From assembly GCA_013239625.1 (NCBI GenBank), contig MU053557.1, forward strand, positions 5,529,842 to 5,593,841: DNA of 64,000 bases, given 5' to 3'. This DNA comes from Lama guanicoe. Its lineage: Eukaryota. Below are positions 24,001-35,600 of this stretch, in pieces; within the stretch, counting starts at the first letter, position 1; each line of letters opens with the position of its first letter. Under the pieces are notes generated by a model, which searched no databases, was not told the origin of the DNA, and worked only from the letters and a program-made list of their open reading frames with translations. The position numbers were made by a program, and so were the translations under genes.

Positions 24001-26150
24001 AGAAGAGGTCTGAAAGTGATGAGATTAGACCTGGCCATGCCTGCCACCCTTGGTTTTCCTGCCATGGCCACAAAAGGGCTCCGTGTCCCCTGAAATTCTG
24101 CCTGCACCCAGTCCCTCCAAGCGCCCCGGCAGACAGTGGGGCTGAGAAGGCTCATGAAGGCGCTCTCCGCCAAGTCCCACCCACAGCACCCAGTCTGCAT
24201 GATATCCATCTCCTCTTGGGGCAAAACATCACTTTTATTTTCACTTTGAGTGCCTGAGTCACATCTCAACTCCATTTCACTGCACTCTGTGACGCAGTCC
24301 TTCCAGAACCAAGCCTTAGTCGCACCCTGAGAGGCAGCTCCCAGCTGATTAGGGAATCCTTGCCTCCAGCGGGCACCGGAACCCAGAGAAGAGGCAGCAC
24401 ACAGCACATGCCCAGAGCGGCCCTAAACATTTCGTTCCTGCTGTCCCCCCACCCAACCCCCAGCACAAAAATATACTCAGAAAGACAGGAAGCCTGCAGA
24501 CAAGAGTGAGCACACGTCTGCACATGGGAGTGTGTCTATACAAGGGAGCCGGTGTGTGCCTGTAGGTGTCAGGATAGCCCAGTGCGCAAGTGTGTGAGTG
24601 TGTGTGTGCGCGCGGGCAGCCTCCTTGTACACAGGCCCACCTCCCACACATATGTAGACACCAGCCTGAGCTCACACATGCCTTCAGCACCCACACTCCC
24701 ACTCGAGCCCGTGGGGCCAAGCTTCACAGCACACACACAAACCTTTCCGTGGGCATGCCCCCCAGTCCTCACAAATGTGCACGTCCAGACCTCCCAGGAA
24801 CACCAACGAGGCAAAGTCCCACCTGTGCATCCTTACACAGACATATATTTACACACAGCTGATGTGCACACAGCTCTGACCTGCCATAATGGGTATACAC
24901 AGTGACGCATGTGCACACCTTTGCTCCCGTGCAAACCAGCCAACATACCCCTTTGTGCCACTTGCATCCATCCACCCCTGCAGGGCACGCTTGCATTTTC
25001 AGGCCTCACATGAAGCACTTCTCAGCACCTTCCCCTATGCACACACTCGTGAACACTTGCACACCTTTTCAGTGCACACAAGTGTCCTCCAGAGTCAGTC
25101 CTCACACAACTCATGTCAAAATGCACTCCTGTGTGTGCCCATCCAGACCTCACACCAGCACATACATGCTTACAGGGCCCCTGTCCCCTGCATTCCTGCT
25201 GCTCCAGCAGGGACCACTCAGGGCATTGGAGCCGATTTGCCCACAGGGCAAACTCTGCCTCCAAAATGTACCCCTGCCCTGAATCCATCCCCAGATCCAC
25301 CAGGGGACATCCTAGCCCAGGGTATCCAGGAATGCTTCCCAGACACTCCTCAACCTATGAAGCTACCCCAAGCTGCTCTCCTCTCCCCCCATCCTCCCAC
25401 CCTTCTCTCTACACCAGTCATCAGAAACAGGAAATGAGCTCTGGGGCTGGACAACATTGCCAGGGGACCAGAGCTGGTGCACCCTCACTCACATCACTAG
25501 CCCCTGCAACAGCAGTGTCCCCCCTCACAGCTCGCCTGCTTGCCCTTCCCCTCCTCCTAAAACCCAGGATGCTTCACCAATGGCTCAGTTATTAACCTCT
25601 GCTCTACCAATGCACTCACCCCTAGCAGGAGCTGGCAGGGGGAAGGTGGCGAGAGGATGTGCTTACAGGGAGGGAGCAGTTGGCCACGCTACACAGCCTC
25701 TGGAGGTGTCTAAAGTCAGGAGGGACTACCTGGGAGATGGTGAGCTCTCTGTCACCAAAAGTAACCAAGTTGAGGCCAGATGGCCACCTCAAGAGAAACT
25801 CTACAGGGGATTCCAGCCTTGGACTCAGCCGACTGGGAAGATCCCTTTTTAATCCTGAGTTTCTAAGAATCTGTGTGTGCTCAGGTCATGTGCACTTGTG
25901 TGTGCGTGTGCACACACATGCTGCCATCCACTGTCAACCCTTCACCTCTACACACACACTCCCCCAGCTGACCTCAGCACATCTTGGCAAACATGCCCGC
26001 GCCCGGCTCTGGGCACTCTGCACATACAAGGGCCCCCAAACACATGCAGCCTTCCTCCCTGTGTTTGCACTGAAATTACTGCAGGTGCACACCCCCAACC
26101 CATGACACTGACCCCCTTGAGCCTTCCAGGACTCTCTGAGGTGCAACTCA

Positions 26151-26900
<750 letters not shown>

Positions 26901-29342
26901 TCTCTCTCTCAGTGGATGACTATAGTCTCTAACTATCTCTCTGCTCCTGTTTTGGGTTGTTTTTTTTTTTTTGCCTCTGTATCTCTCTTTCTTATTCTGC
27001 TCTCCCTCTCTCTGTTCCCTGCCACCTTGTCCATCATACTGGCACTCTAGCTTGGGGGAGATGTGCAGAGGACTACCAGAATTCTGGAAGGAACACCCTT
27101 AGCTGCCTGCTCACCCCCACCCCCTCAACTATGACAACTGGTCCCCTCCTGAGGTCTCTTCCATAACCGCTTCCCCACCCCAGGCCCCCAGAGGGGCCAA
27201 GGAGATCTGGTCTCCTGGGGCTCATGTCCCAGTTTCTGCTTATGTTTCAAGTCAAGGTGAGAGACGCGGAGGCGGCAGTGGGGAGGGGAGCATGGCCTGG
27301 CTTGGAGGGGAGTGGCCAGAGACTGCCTTGAAATCCTCATTCCCAAATTTTTGTAGGCACTTTCCCTGCCAACTTCAACTCTTCAGGGCCGTAATCACAT
27401 CTATAGCCCCAAGGCGAGCCCCTAGGCCGAGGGGGTTAAGAAGAAAAGGGACTGGCATATAAAGATCTGAGTTCAATTTCCAATCCCAACATACATTAGC
27501 TGTGTCTCCCTGGAAGTCACAGCCCCTCTCTGAGCCTTCAGTCCCTTTTCTACAAAACAGAACTAAGGTGCCACTGCAGAGGAAGGCCACGAAGATGGAG
27601 CAGGCTGAGGGCTGTGGAGGCCTTTGGGAAGTATGTAAACATGAGGCTTCTTTTTAGTTTCTAGAAGAGGAAAAGGAAGGTCTAAAGTGTGACCATGACC
27701 ACCCCCATCACTCTAGCTTGAACTTAGAATCTCAGACCCTTACACCCCACCCTTCCTCCATTCAGGCTCACTTCACAGCCCACCAGGCTGTCTCACACCA
27801 GCACTGGCCGGCAAAGAGCACAGGATAAATGCATCCAGGATCCAAACCCTCTGGGTTTCCAGCCCACCCCTTTGGAACTTTCAGACTGCCTTAGTAGTCA
27901 TCTCACTTGCTGGACATGTTGTCTGTTGTCAGCAGATCCCTGACTCACTATTTTAGGTCCAGGGATCCCTGGAGACATCTGGGTACCCCCCCCCACCAAT
28001 TCTGCCCCTCTTCCTGGGAGCTGGAAGTGGGAGAAGATGATAGGGTTTGGCTCTCTGATGCAGCCACTTCTTCCCAGGAGAGAAACAGGAGGGAGGCAGA
28101 GGGGAAGGAGAGGAGGAGAGCCAGGGAGGAGGGGGTAATGGCTTAGCCACTAATTGCACCATTACCACCTTCAGAAAAAGGAAAAACCACTCAGTTTTGT
28201 TTCTGCGCACAATATGCTTCCCGCTTCTGCCGCCAACGTTGCAATTCACAGGCAGAGAAGAGAGGCCCTTGCTTGGGGGCTGCACAGCCGGTGGGCAGCA
28301 GGCAGGGCACAAAACGCTGCTAGAGGCTAGAGGTAGATTCAGGCAAGCAGGAGAAGGCTGCACTGCCACCTCCCTGCCCCAGAACCTCTAGCCTGCCCCC
28401 GGGAGGGGATGGCTTCCATGCATGAAAGCACAGGAACAGCCCTTAGTGACCACAGAGGCCACCTCGGTCATTGCCCAGGGGAGAGGAGAGGCAGTGTCAT
28501 GCAGTGGTTAGTGAGACTCCATGACCCATAGACTGTGTGATTTGGGATGAATATCCTAACTTTTCTGTGCCTCAATTTCTTAGTCTGCAAAACAGGGTTA
28601 AGCATTGCCCAGCTCCAGGGCTGTTCTAAGCATTAAATGAGGTGAGCACAGTGGCTGATACACTGTAAATGCTCAGCAGGTGGAAAAATTATTCTTATTA
28701 AGGGACTCAAGCCCCTCTCTCGTCACACCGCTGTCTCTGAATCCTGGTAGTATCATCAGTATCATCAAGTGCCAGCACTTTGGGTGCTGTTCTCTGAGTC
28801 CCCACTGGAGTTGAGCTCATGGTTTGAACATTACCTTGCCCAGGACTGGTTTGCAGAATTCCTGTAGAACAAAGGACTGGGGCTAGAGGGCAGGGGTCAC
28901 AAGGCCTCTAGCACATCAGGTGCCAACAAGCAAACGAACAAATTTGAAATTAACAAATAAAACAAAAGGCAAAGGTGCCCTGAGGCTGTATTAATGGAAG
29001 TCTAATGTTCTGAATAAAGGAGGTGATAATCCTGCTTGGTTTAGAGCTGGCCTGATCTGCTCCCCTTCCCCACCTCTTTCTTCCCTCACTTGAACCCTTC
29101 CTTCTCAGGTGTCCCCATCCTTCCTATTCCTTTTCACCCCCTTTCTTGTTTCTATTGCCTTGTTTCCTCCCTTTCTCTCAGTCTCAGTCACTCTCCTCTC
29201 CCTTCCCGTGCTGGCCCGGACCCTGTGCACATGGTAATGGAGGATGGCAGGCTGCAGGATGCTGGTGGTGCAGAGATGGCTGGAGACCACAGAGAGGGAG
29301 GTAGATGTGGAAAAGGAAAAGGTCTCCTTGGCAACTCTCATT

Positions 29343-29370
29343 TACACACACACACACACACACACATACA
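29343..29370. repeat. (CA)n microsatellite
   Basis: Seen directly. Confidence 0.85.
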
Positions 29371-32300
29371 TACTCTCCGAACCCTCGAGAGCCTAGCACA
29401 GGGGTGTGGGCACTGCCTCGGAGGGGCACTTCCATCCTGACTGTAGCTGCCACCCTGCCAAGGAGGCACAACCGCTAATTCACTGCCTCCCCTGTGCCCA
29501 AGAGGCTGGCAGCTGTGCCCGGTGGTGGCTGGCAGCGAGGAGCCAGCCCTGCCTCCATGGCGCTGAGAGAATGAGCTGATGATTGCATCGGGGGACTGTT
29601 CTTGCCAGACTCCCTGCTCCCCAGGGCCGCAGCAGGCAGGAGAGCCAGCGCACGTGCCCCCATCTGCAACTTGCAGTGCGGTACTCAAGAGCAGGCCTGC
29701 CTGCCTCAGGCTGGCGGCCAGGGGTGGGCGCCCTGGAGGGCGCTGAGCACGGCTCTGACACACTCGGAGAGGGAACGGGAATGTGAACACAGGCTGTACC
29801 CCATGTAGCTCCGGAGGGACAAGTGGGGGCCAGGACCAAGTTCCTGGGCCATAGCAGGGGGGCCGACAGCCGACTCAAATCCCACCTTCTTCCACAGCCT
29901 CCGCACGTGCTCACATGCACATGCCCGAGTGCCTCGGGGTCCTGCAGGGCCTGGGCAGGCACCATGGAAAACGTGCCATCCGCACGTTTCCCGCGAGGCC
30001 TGTCCCATTAAGGGCAGTGAGCATGGGGGCAGAATCGGTGGAAAGTGGGCCAAGAGAGAAATGATCCTACAGAGGGTCTAGGTGGAGGGTGATTTGGTTC
30101 ATTAACAGCAGTAAGTAATGCCAGACTGGAATTCAGAAGGGAGAGAAATCAAAGGTCAGAGAGCAGCTCTGTCCCCTGAGATGTCCCACATAGGAGGCAC
30201 TCCTTGCAGAGAAGAGGGGAGCAGGGAGTCAAGGGACTACTGAGGACTCCAGCTGCCGGGCCCACGTCCGCACAGCACGACCTGCAGCTAGAGGGAGGAC
30301 CCAGGTTCAAGTCCTGCCATTGGCTGTGAATGCTTATGGCAGGTCTCTTTCCCAGTGGGGCCTCCATTTCTTCCTGAGAAATGCAAAGACAAGATGTTCC
30401 TTCACTGACTCCAAGGACGTGAAAAATAGTTCTTTCCACTTCTGAGCCAAGCCCTGTGCTAAGCACTTTGCATACTGCACTATTTATACCTCACAACAAA
30501 CGTCCGTGAGATGGGTGCAATCACCGCCTGTTTGCAGAGACACAGTGGGACGTACCCACCTAGGGTCTATGTGACTCCAGCACTCCTGCCCTGGGTTCTT
30601 TAGCCTCCACTAGGTCTGGAAGGGCCCTGAGGGGGCCCATGCCCTTTACAGACATGGGACTCAGGCCCAAAGAGAGGAAGCTGCCCTTCCCACAGTCACA
30701 CAATTCAGGGGCGGAGTCTGGATGACAATCCAGAACTCCTGGCTCCCACAACATGCTCCTTCCCTAACCCTCCTCCGCTCCCCTCTTTCCTGTGCTGAGG
30801 GCTACTTGCCAGTAGGCATCAAGCAAGAAAAGGAAATGATGCCAAGGCCCAGGGCAGAGATCAGAGCCCTGCCTCTCCAGCCAGGTCTGGGATTCTCTCC
30901 TGGCTCCTAGGGAACAGGTCATCCCTGCCACGGACTCCATAGGCAGGACTCAGTTTGGACAGGGCTGCCCCTGGCTCTGACCCATCTGGCTGGCAGTTCT
31001 GCTGACATCTGGCCCAGCCAAGGGGGAAAGAGGGGTCCTGTCTAGCATCTCTGGGCTTCATTCCCCCTTGCAGGCCCAGCTGGCACAGCTGGGTCAAGTA
31101 CCCAAGGGGCCAGAGCTGCTTCTGGTCTGCTCTCCCTTCCATCCCTCCCCACATAGGTGGTGCAAGCATCTGCCTGGTGATGCCACTCAGGGGCCTGACA
31201 GAGTCCAGCCCCAGGTGCCCTGGCTGGGGGGAATGCAGGAGCCACAGGAGGCAGGAGGGGTGGATGGGAGCCACGCGGATTGCTAGGCAGAGCAGAAGCC
31301 ACAGCAAGCAGGCCGAGCTGCTCAGCACAATGTCCTGAGCCCTGAGTTGCTCCTCACCCTGAGAACCTCCACCAATGCCAGGCACTGGCCAGCTGATGGT
31401 ACCCGGATTTGGCAGGCCTGGGGACTGCCAGGTGGTGGACAGGGTTGCAGGCTAAAGCTTGAATGGGGCTCCTGGGCTGTTTGCTGGGTTCTGGGATAGA
31501 CAGGACTCTGAAGCAGGTGAGCTCTAGGCTGGGTTTAAGATTAGATGAAGCCTCCTTCTCAGGGCACCAGGAGCAGGCACCAGCCCCCAACCCTCAACCC
31601 CAGCTGCACTCTCCATGCTTGGGGCCAGGGTGGCCACAGGGGGTAGTTCTTGGTGCCCAGAGAAGAGCAGAAATAGGCCTCTATGGTCCTGCACTTGTGG
31701 CCTCAAAGGGTAGGGACCCAGGAAGAGAAGCAGGGCTGGAGCCGGAGGCTGGGCCACCTTGGGCAGGGTCAACTCAACAAGCACGGGAGAGACCTCCACT
31801 CAGCTGGGTAAACCTGGGGTGTCAGGGGCGCCCTGGCTCCACACCACTCTCTCTGGAAGGGCCCAGCCCGCGCAGCTAGGTCAAGCATCCAGTAGAGCTG
31901 GAATAGCCTGAACAATGGGCAGACCATGGATAACCCATCCCTGGGGTACTCCGGGCCTAGAACTTCTGCAGTTTCCCTCCAGAGCAGGCAGAAGTGCTGG
32001 GGGTGGCTGGATCTCGGAGGCCTCAGCTAGTCCTGGCCCCCGCCCCACCACGACCAAGGCATCGCCGTCTTGGAGACAGAGAAGGGTTCCAGTCGGGGGA
32101 GGCCATAAGAGGTCAAGAGATCAGGGCTGGGAGGAAGGGGCCCAGGACACTGATGGTCACCTCCACTGAGCAGCCCCAAGCCAGACCCTCACAACTGCAC
32201 TCGGCACCTCTGCGGTGGGGATGCAGCTCTGTATCCGACTCTTGAGCCCCCCTCACAGTACGGCACCCGCCCCGCCCGTCCTGCTCATCCACAAGCTGAC

Positions 32301-32789
32301 GAGTCCTAACAGGCCTCCTTTGCCAGCGACAAAAATAACTATTTTCAAAATTCACAGCAGGGCTTTCGCCTACACACGCCGCACCGACTGGAAGCTGAAG
32401 GGAGCCATGCAGAGCGCAGCGTGCGGAAGAAGGTCCTCGGTGCAGCCAGCGAGCCCGGGAACCCCGCACCCCTCCCCGCCATGGCCCAGCCCGTGTCCCC
32501 CAACACACACACCGAGGGCACCCGGAACACCTGGGAGAGCGCTCTGAGCTCATCCACTCTACACAGGAGGGCAGTGAGGCCCACAGAGGGCCGGAGACTT
32601 GCCGGAGGCCACACTGGATCTGCAGCAGGACTGGACCAGAACCCGTATCTTCTGCCTCCTGGCCAGGCCGCCCACCTCCTCGTCCATCCCCTGGGCCAGC
32701 GGTGCACTCACACCTGCCCCCAGGATGCACGTGCACACACCCACATGCTCACAGACAGCACTGCAGTCCTGGCTTCCGTGTTACTGCAT

Positions 32790-32795
32790 TTTAAT
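32790..32795 (-). terminator. ARSI: Candidate ARSI polyadenylation signal (ATTAAA)
   Basis: ATTAAA on the minus strand about 835 nt past the stop codon, followed by GU-rich sequence (32760-32700). Confidence 0.45.
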
Positions 32796-33630
32796 CACGT
32801 CCAGGGCCTCCTCCACAACCATTACCTTGGCCTCCACAGCCCTGTGAGGTAGGCAGAGCCAGGGCTAGCACCCCCATCTGCAGGTGGGGAAATCAAGGCC
32901 CAGAGAAAAGGGATTGGGCCCAAGGTCAGAGCAGAGCCCAGATGTGCTGATTGGTGTAGCGCTCTTTTCACACCTGTTTCCACTACCCTCAATCCTGCAG
33001 CAGCTTTAACAGCCAGGCCCAGTCCTCTGGGCACTGGGGGCAGGAAGGAGAGCTCGCCACCACTGCCCCCACCACCACTCGGGCCCCAGGACTGGCCTAG
33101 GCCACGTGAAGGTGCAGGAAGGTCGCCCCCAGGTCCCTGCACCTCCACCTTCATCACTCAGGGGATCCTTCCAGAGAGCAGCCAGATCACCACTCCTTGG
33201 CTGGGGTCCAGGCCTAGAGTTGCCTCTTTGTGGCTCCTCACCCAAGAGGTACCACAGAGGTCCAGGGCAAGGCCTTAAATGAGCTAGGGGGTGAACAAGG
33301 ATGGTGGGAACTCCATCACGGCCCCAGGCACCAGGCCCACACCACAGAGCCATAAAATCATTAGAGCTTATTTTCCAGATGAGGAAATTGAGGCCTAGGG
33401 AGGTTGTGCAGGTCACCCAAGATCACAGAACAAGTCAATAGAGGCAGGACTGGGACCCAGCCATCCTGTCTGGTTTATTCTCCCCTACCCCCAAGCCAAA
33501 CTCGCCACCCTTCAACTGAGGTGCTCTACGCCCTCCATTTCCTTGCAGACGCGGAAATGAGCTAGGGCCCCCCCATGAAAAGGAGCAGGGCCAGGCTTGA
33601 GTGGGGAAGTATCTCACCTCCCCCACCCCA

Positions 33631-35032
33631 TCAGATCCGGTGGGACATCAGTCTGGTGTTGAGTTTACGGAAAAAGGACCGCAGCTTGCAAATCTTGCAT
33701 TTTTTCTTGCGGCGCCCCCGGGAGAAGCTTCGAGCCCTGCCTTCCTCCTCCTCTTCCTCTTCTTCCTCACTGGCCCAGGGCCCCCAAGCACCCCCATTAA
33801 AGTCAGGATGGGCCCGGGGATTCTCAGCCGGGTAGCGCACGGGGATGGCTGTGCGGTTATAGTCCACCAGGCGGGCCAGCAGGGCTCGGACCACATCTGG
33901 CCGCTGGCCAGCGAGGTCCTCCCGTTCGTAGGGGTCAGCACTGATGTTGAAGAGCCACACAGCCTGGCGAGCACTGGCCATCCGCTCCAGGTTCCACCAG
34001 CTGCCAGGGAAGGCAGCTAGCGTCTGCGGTGGGATCCAATCACCATAGCCGGGGTCTCCTGTCAACAGCTTCCACTCACCTACACGGATGGCGGCCTGCA
34101 CAGCGGTGTTCCAGATGCCAAAGCCACCCTCCAGGGAGCCATGCCGGGCGTGGTTGTAGAGCGGGTCAATGTTGTGCAGGATCTCTGTGCGCGGCGAGGC
34201 CCGGCCCTCGCTGATGGCTGGCCACACGTCATAGCCATCCAGCCCATCGGCCGCCGAGGCGGTGCCACCTGCCAGACCCACCAGGGTTGGGTACCAGTCA
34301 GTGATGTGCACCAGCGCCCGGCTTGTCCGTCGCTTTCTCTTGAGAAGGGGGCTGTGGACGAAGCCCAAGCCCCGCACACCGCCTTCCCAGTACGTGCCCT
34401 TGCGTCCTCGCAGTGGCCAGTTGCTGCCCCCTGAGAAGGTCTGGCCACCATTGTCACTGGAGAAGATGATGACACTGTTGTTATAGAAACCGTAGCGCTT
34501 GAGGGCCCAGGTGATATTGCGCACGGCCTCGTCCATGCAGGTCACCATGGCCGCGTACTTGCGCCGGGCCACGTTGCCCATGGTGCGGTACCGGTACAGG
34601 TACTCACGAGGGGACTGCAGGGGTGTGTGTACCGCCTGGAAGGCCACATAGAGGAAGAGGGGCCGCCGGGGACTTTGGCTGGCTAGGATGTGGCTGACGC
34701 GCTGGGCATAGAGCAGAGTGGAATACTGGCCGCTGAGCCCCCAGGCCACACTCTCGCCCTCGTGCAGGTCAAAGCCACACACCCCTGGGCCGTCGCAGTT
34801 GTCATAGGTGTAGTAGTCCACGTTGCCCGTGAGCGAGCCCAGGAAGGTGTCAAAGCCCCGGCGGGTGGGCAGGCACTCCTTCCGGTAGAAGCCCAGGTGC
34901 CACTTGCCCACCATGTGGGTCGAGTAACCCAGCTCCTGCAGCTTCTGGGGCAGTGTCACCTGGTCCAGGGGCAGGCAGTTGGGCTGCCGAGGGCGGATGA
35001 TGGAGTGCTGAAGTCCTGTATGGATCTGGTAT
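33631..35032 (-). CDS. ARSI: ARSI coding exon 2 (1402 nt including TGA): sulfatase domain and C-terminus
   Basis: Polypyrimidine tract and AG acceptor at 35034-35033; AG+A = Arg, then YQIHTGLQH. Sulfatase motifs [32 protein letters not shown]; ends ...[11 protein letters not shown]. Confidence 0.97.
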
Positions 35033-35149
35033 CTGGTGGGAAGAGGGAAGGACACAGAAGGCACCAGTGAGCTACAAACCACTGCTCTGGCCACCCAGCC
35101 CCCAACACTCACCCTGAGGTGGGCTCTCGCCCCAGGGCGCCCAGCAAGC

Positions 35150-35600
35150 AAAGCAACAGTATGTATTACCAAATGTGTTAAGCACTTCGAATGCATTATC
35201 TCACTGAATCCTCAAAATCTACTGAAGTAGGTATTATCCTCATCTTACAGATGTGGAGGCTGAAGCTCAGAATGGTTAAGTCACTCATACAAGACCACAC
35301 TGCTAAGAAGTTGGGGAGGTAAGAGCTGAACCCAGGCTAATGATGACAACAAGAATAATAATAGCTGACACCACACACTCACTGTTCGCTCACCTGAGCC
35401 CCTTAAATGAATCATCTCACTAAATCCTCACCACAACCTAAAGGGTGCATTTCATTATTATTATTCTCATCTCTCAAATAAGGAAACTAAGGCTCAGAAA
35501 ACTAAATCATTTGCCCAGTGATTCACACAATTAGTAACTGGAGTTGAGATTTGTGTCCCCAGTAATCTGGCTCCAGATTTCAGAGTCCCTACACTCTAAG
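35150..35600 (-). mobile_element. Two tandem MIR SINEs in the ARSI intron
   Basis: cattatctcactgaatcctca...ttacagatgtggaggctgaagctcag, then again atctcactaaatcctcac...aaggaaactaaggctcaga...ttgcccag. Confidence 0.7.

Noticed and set aside
32523..32545. Full REST/NRSE site
   Set aside because: Only the right half and CACC match; the TTCAG part of the left half is missing.
33601..35070. Plus-strand and alternative-frame ORFs overlapping ARSI exon 2
   Set aside because: Shadow ORFs of GC-rich coding sequence with no recognisable protein.
35033..35196. N-terminal extension of the 521-aa ORF (MHSKCLTHL...)
   Set aside because: Intronic read-through upstream of the ARSI exon 2 acceptor, starting inside a MIR; the real N-terminus is exon 1.
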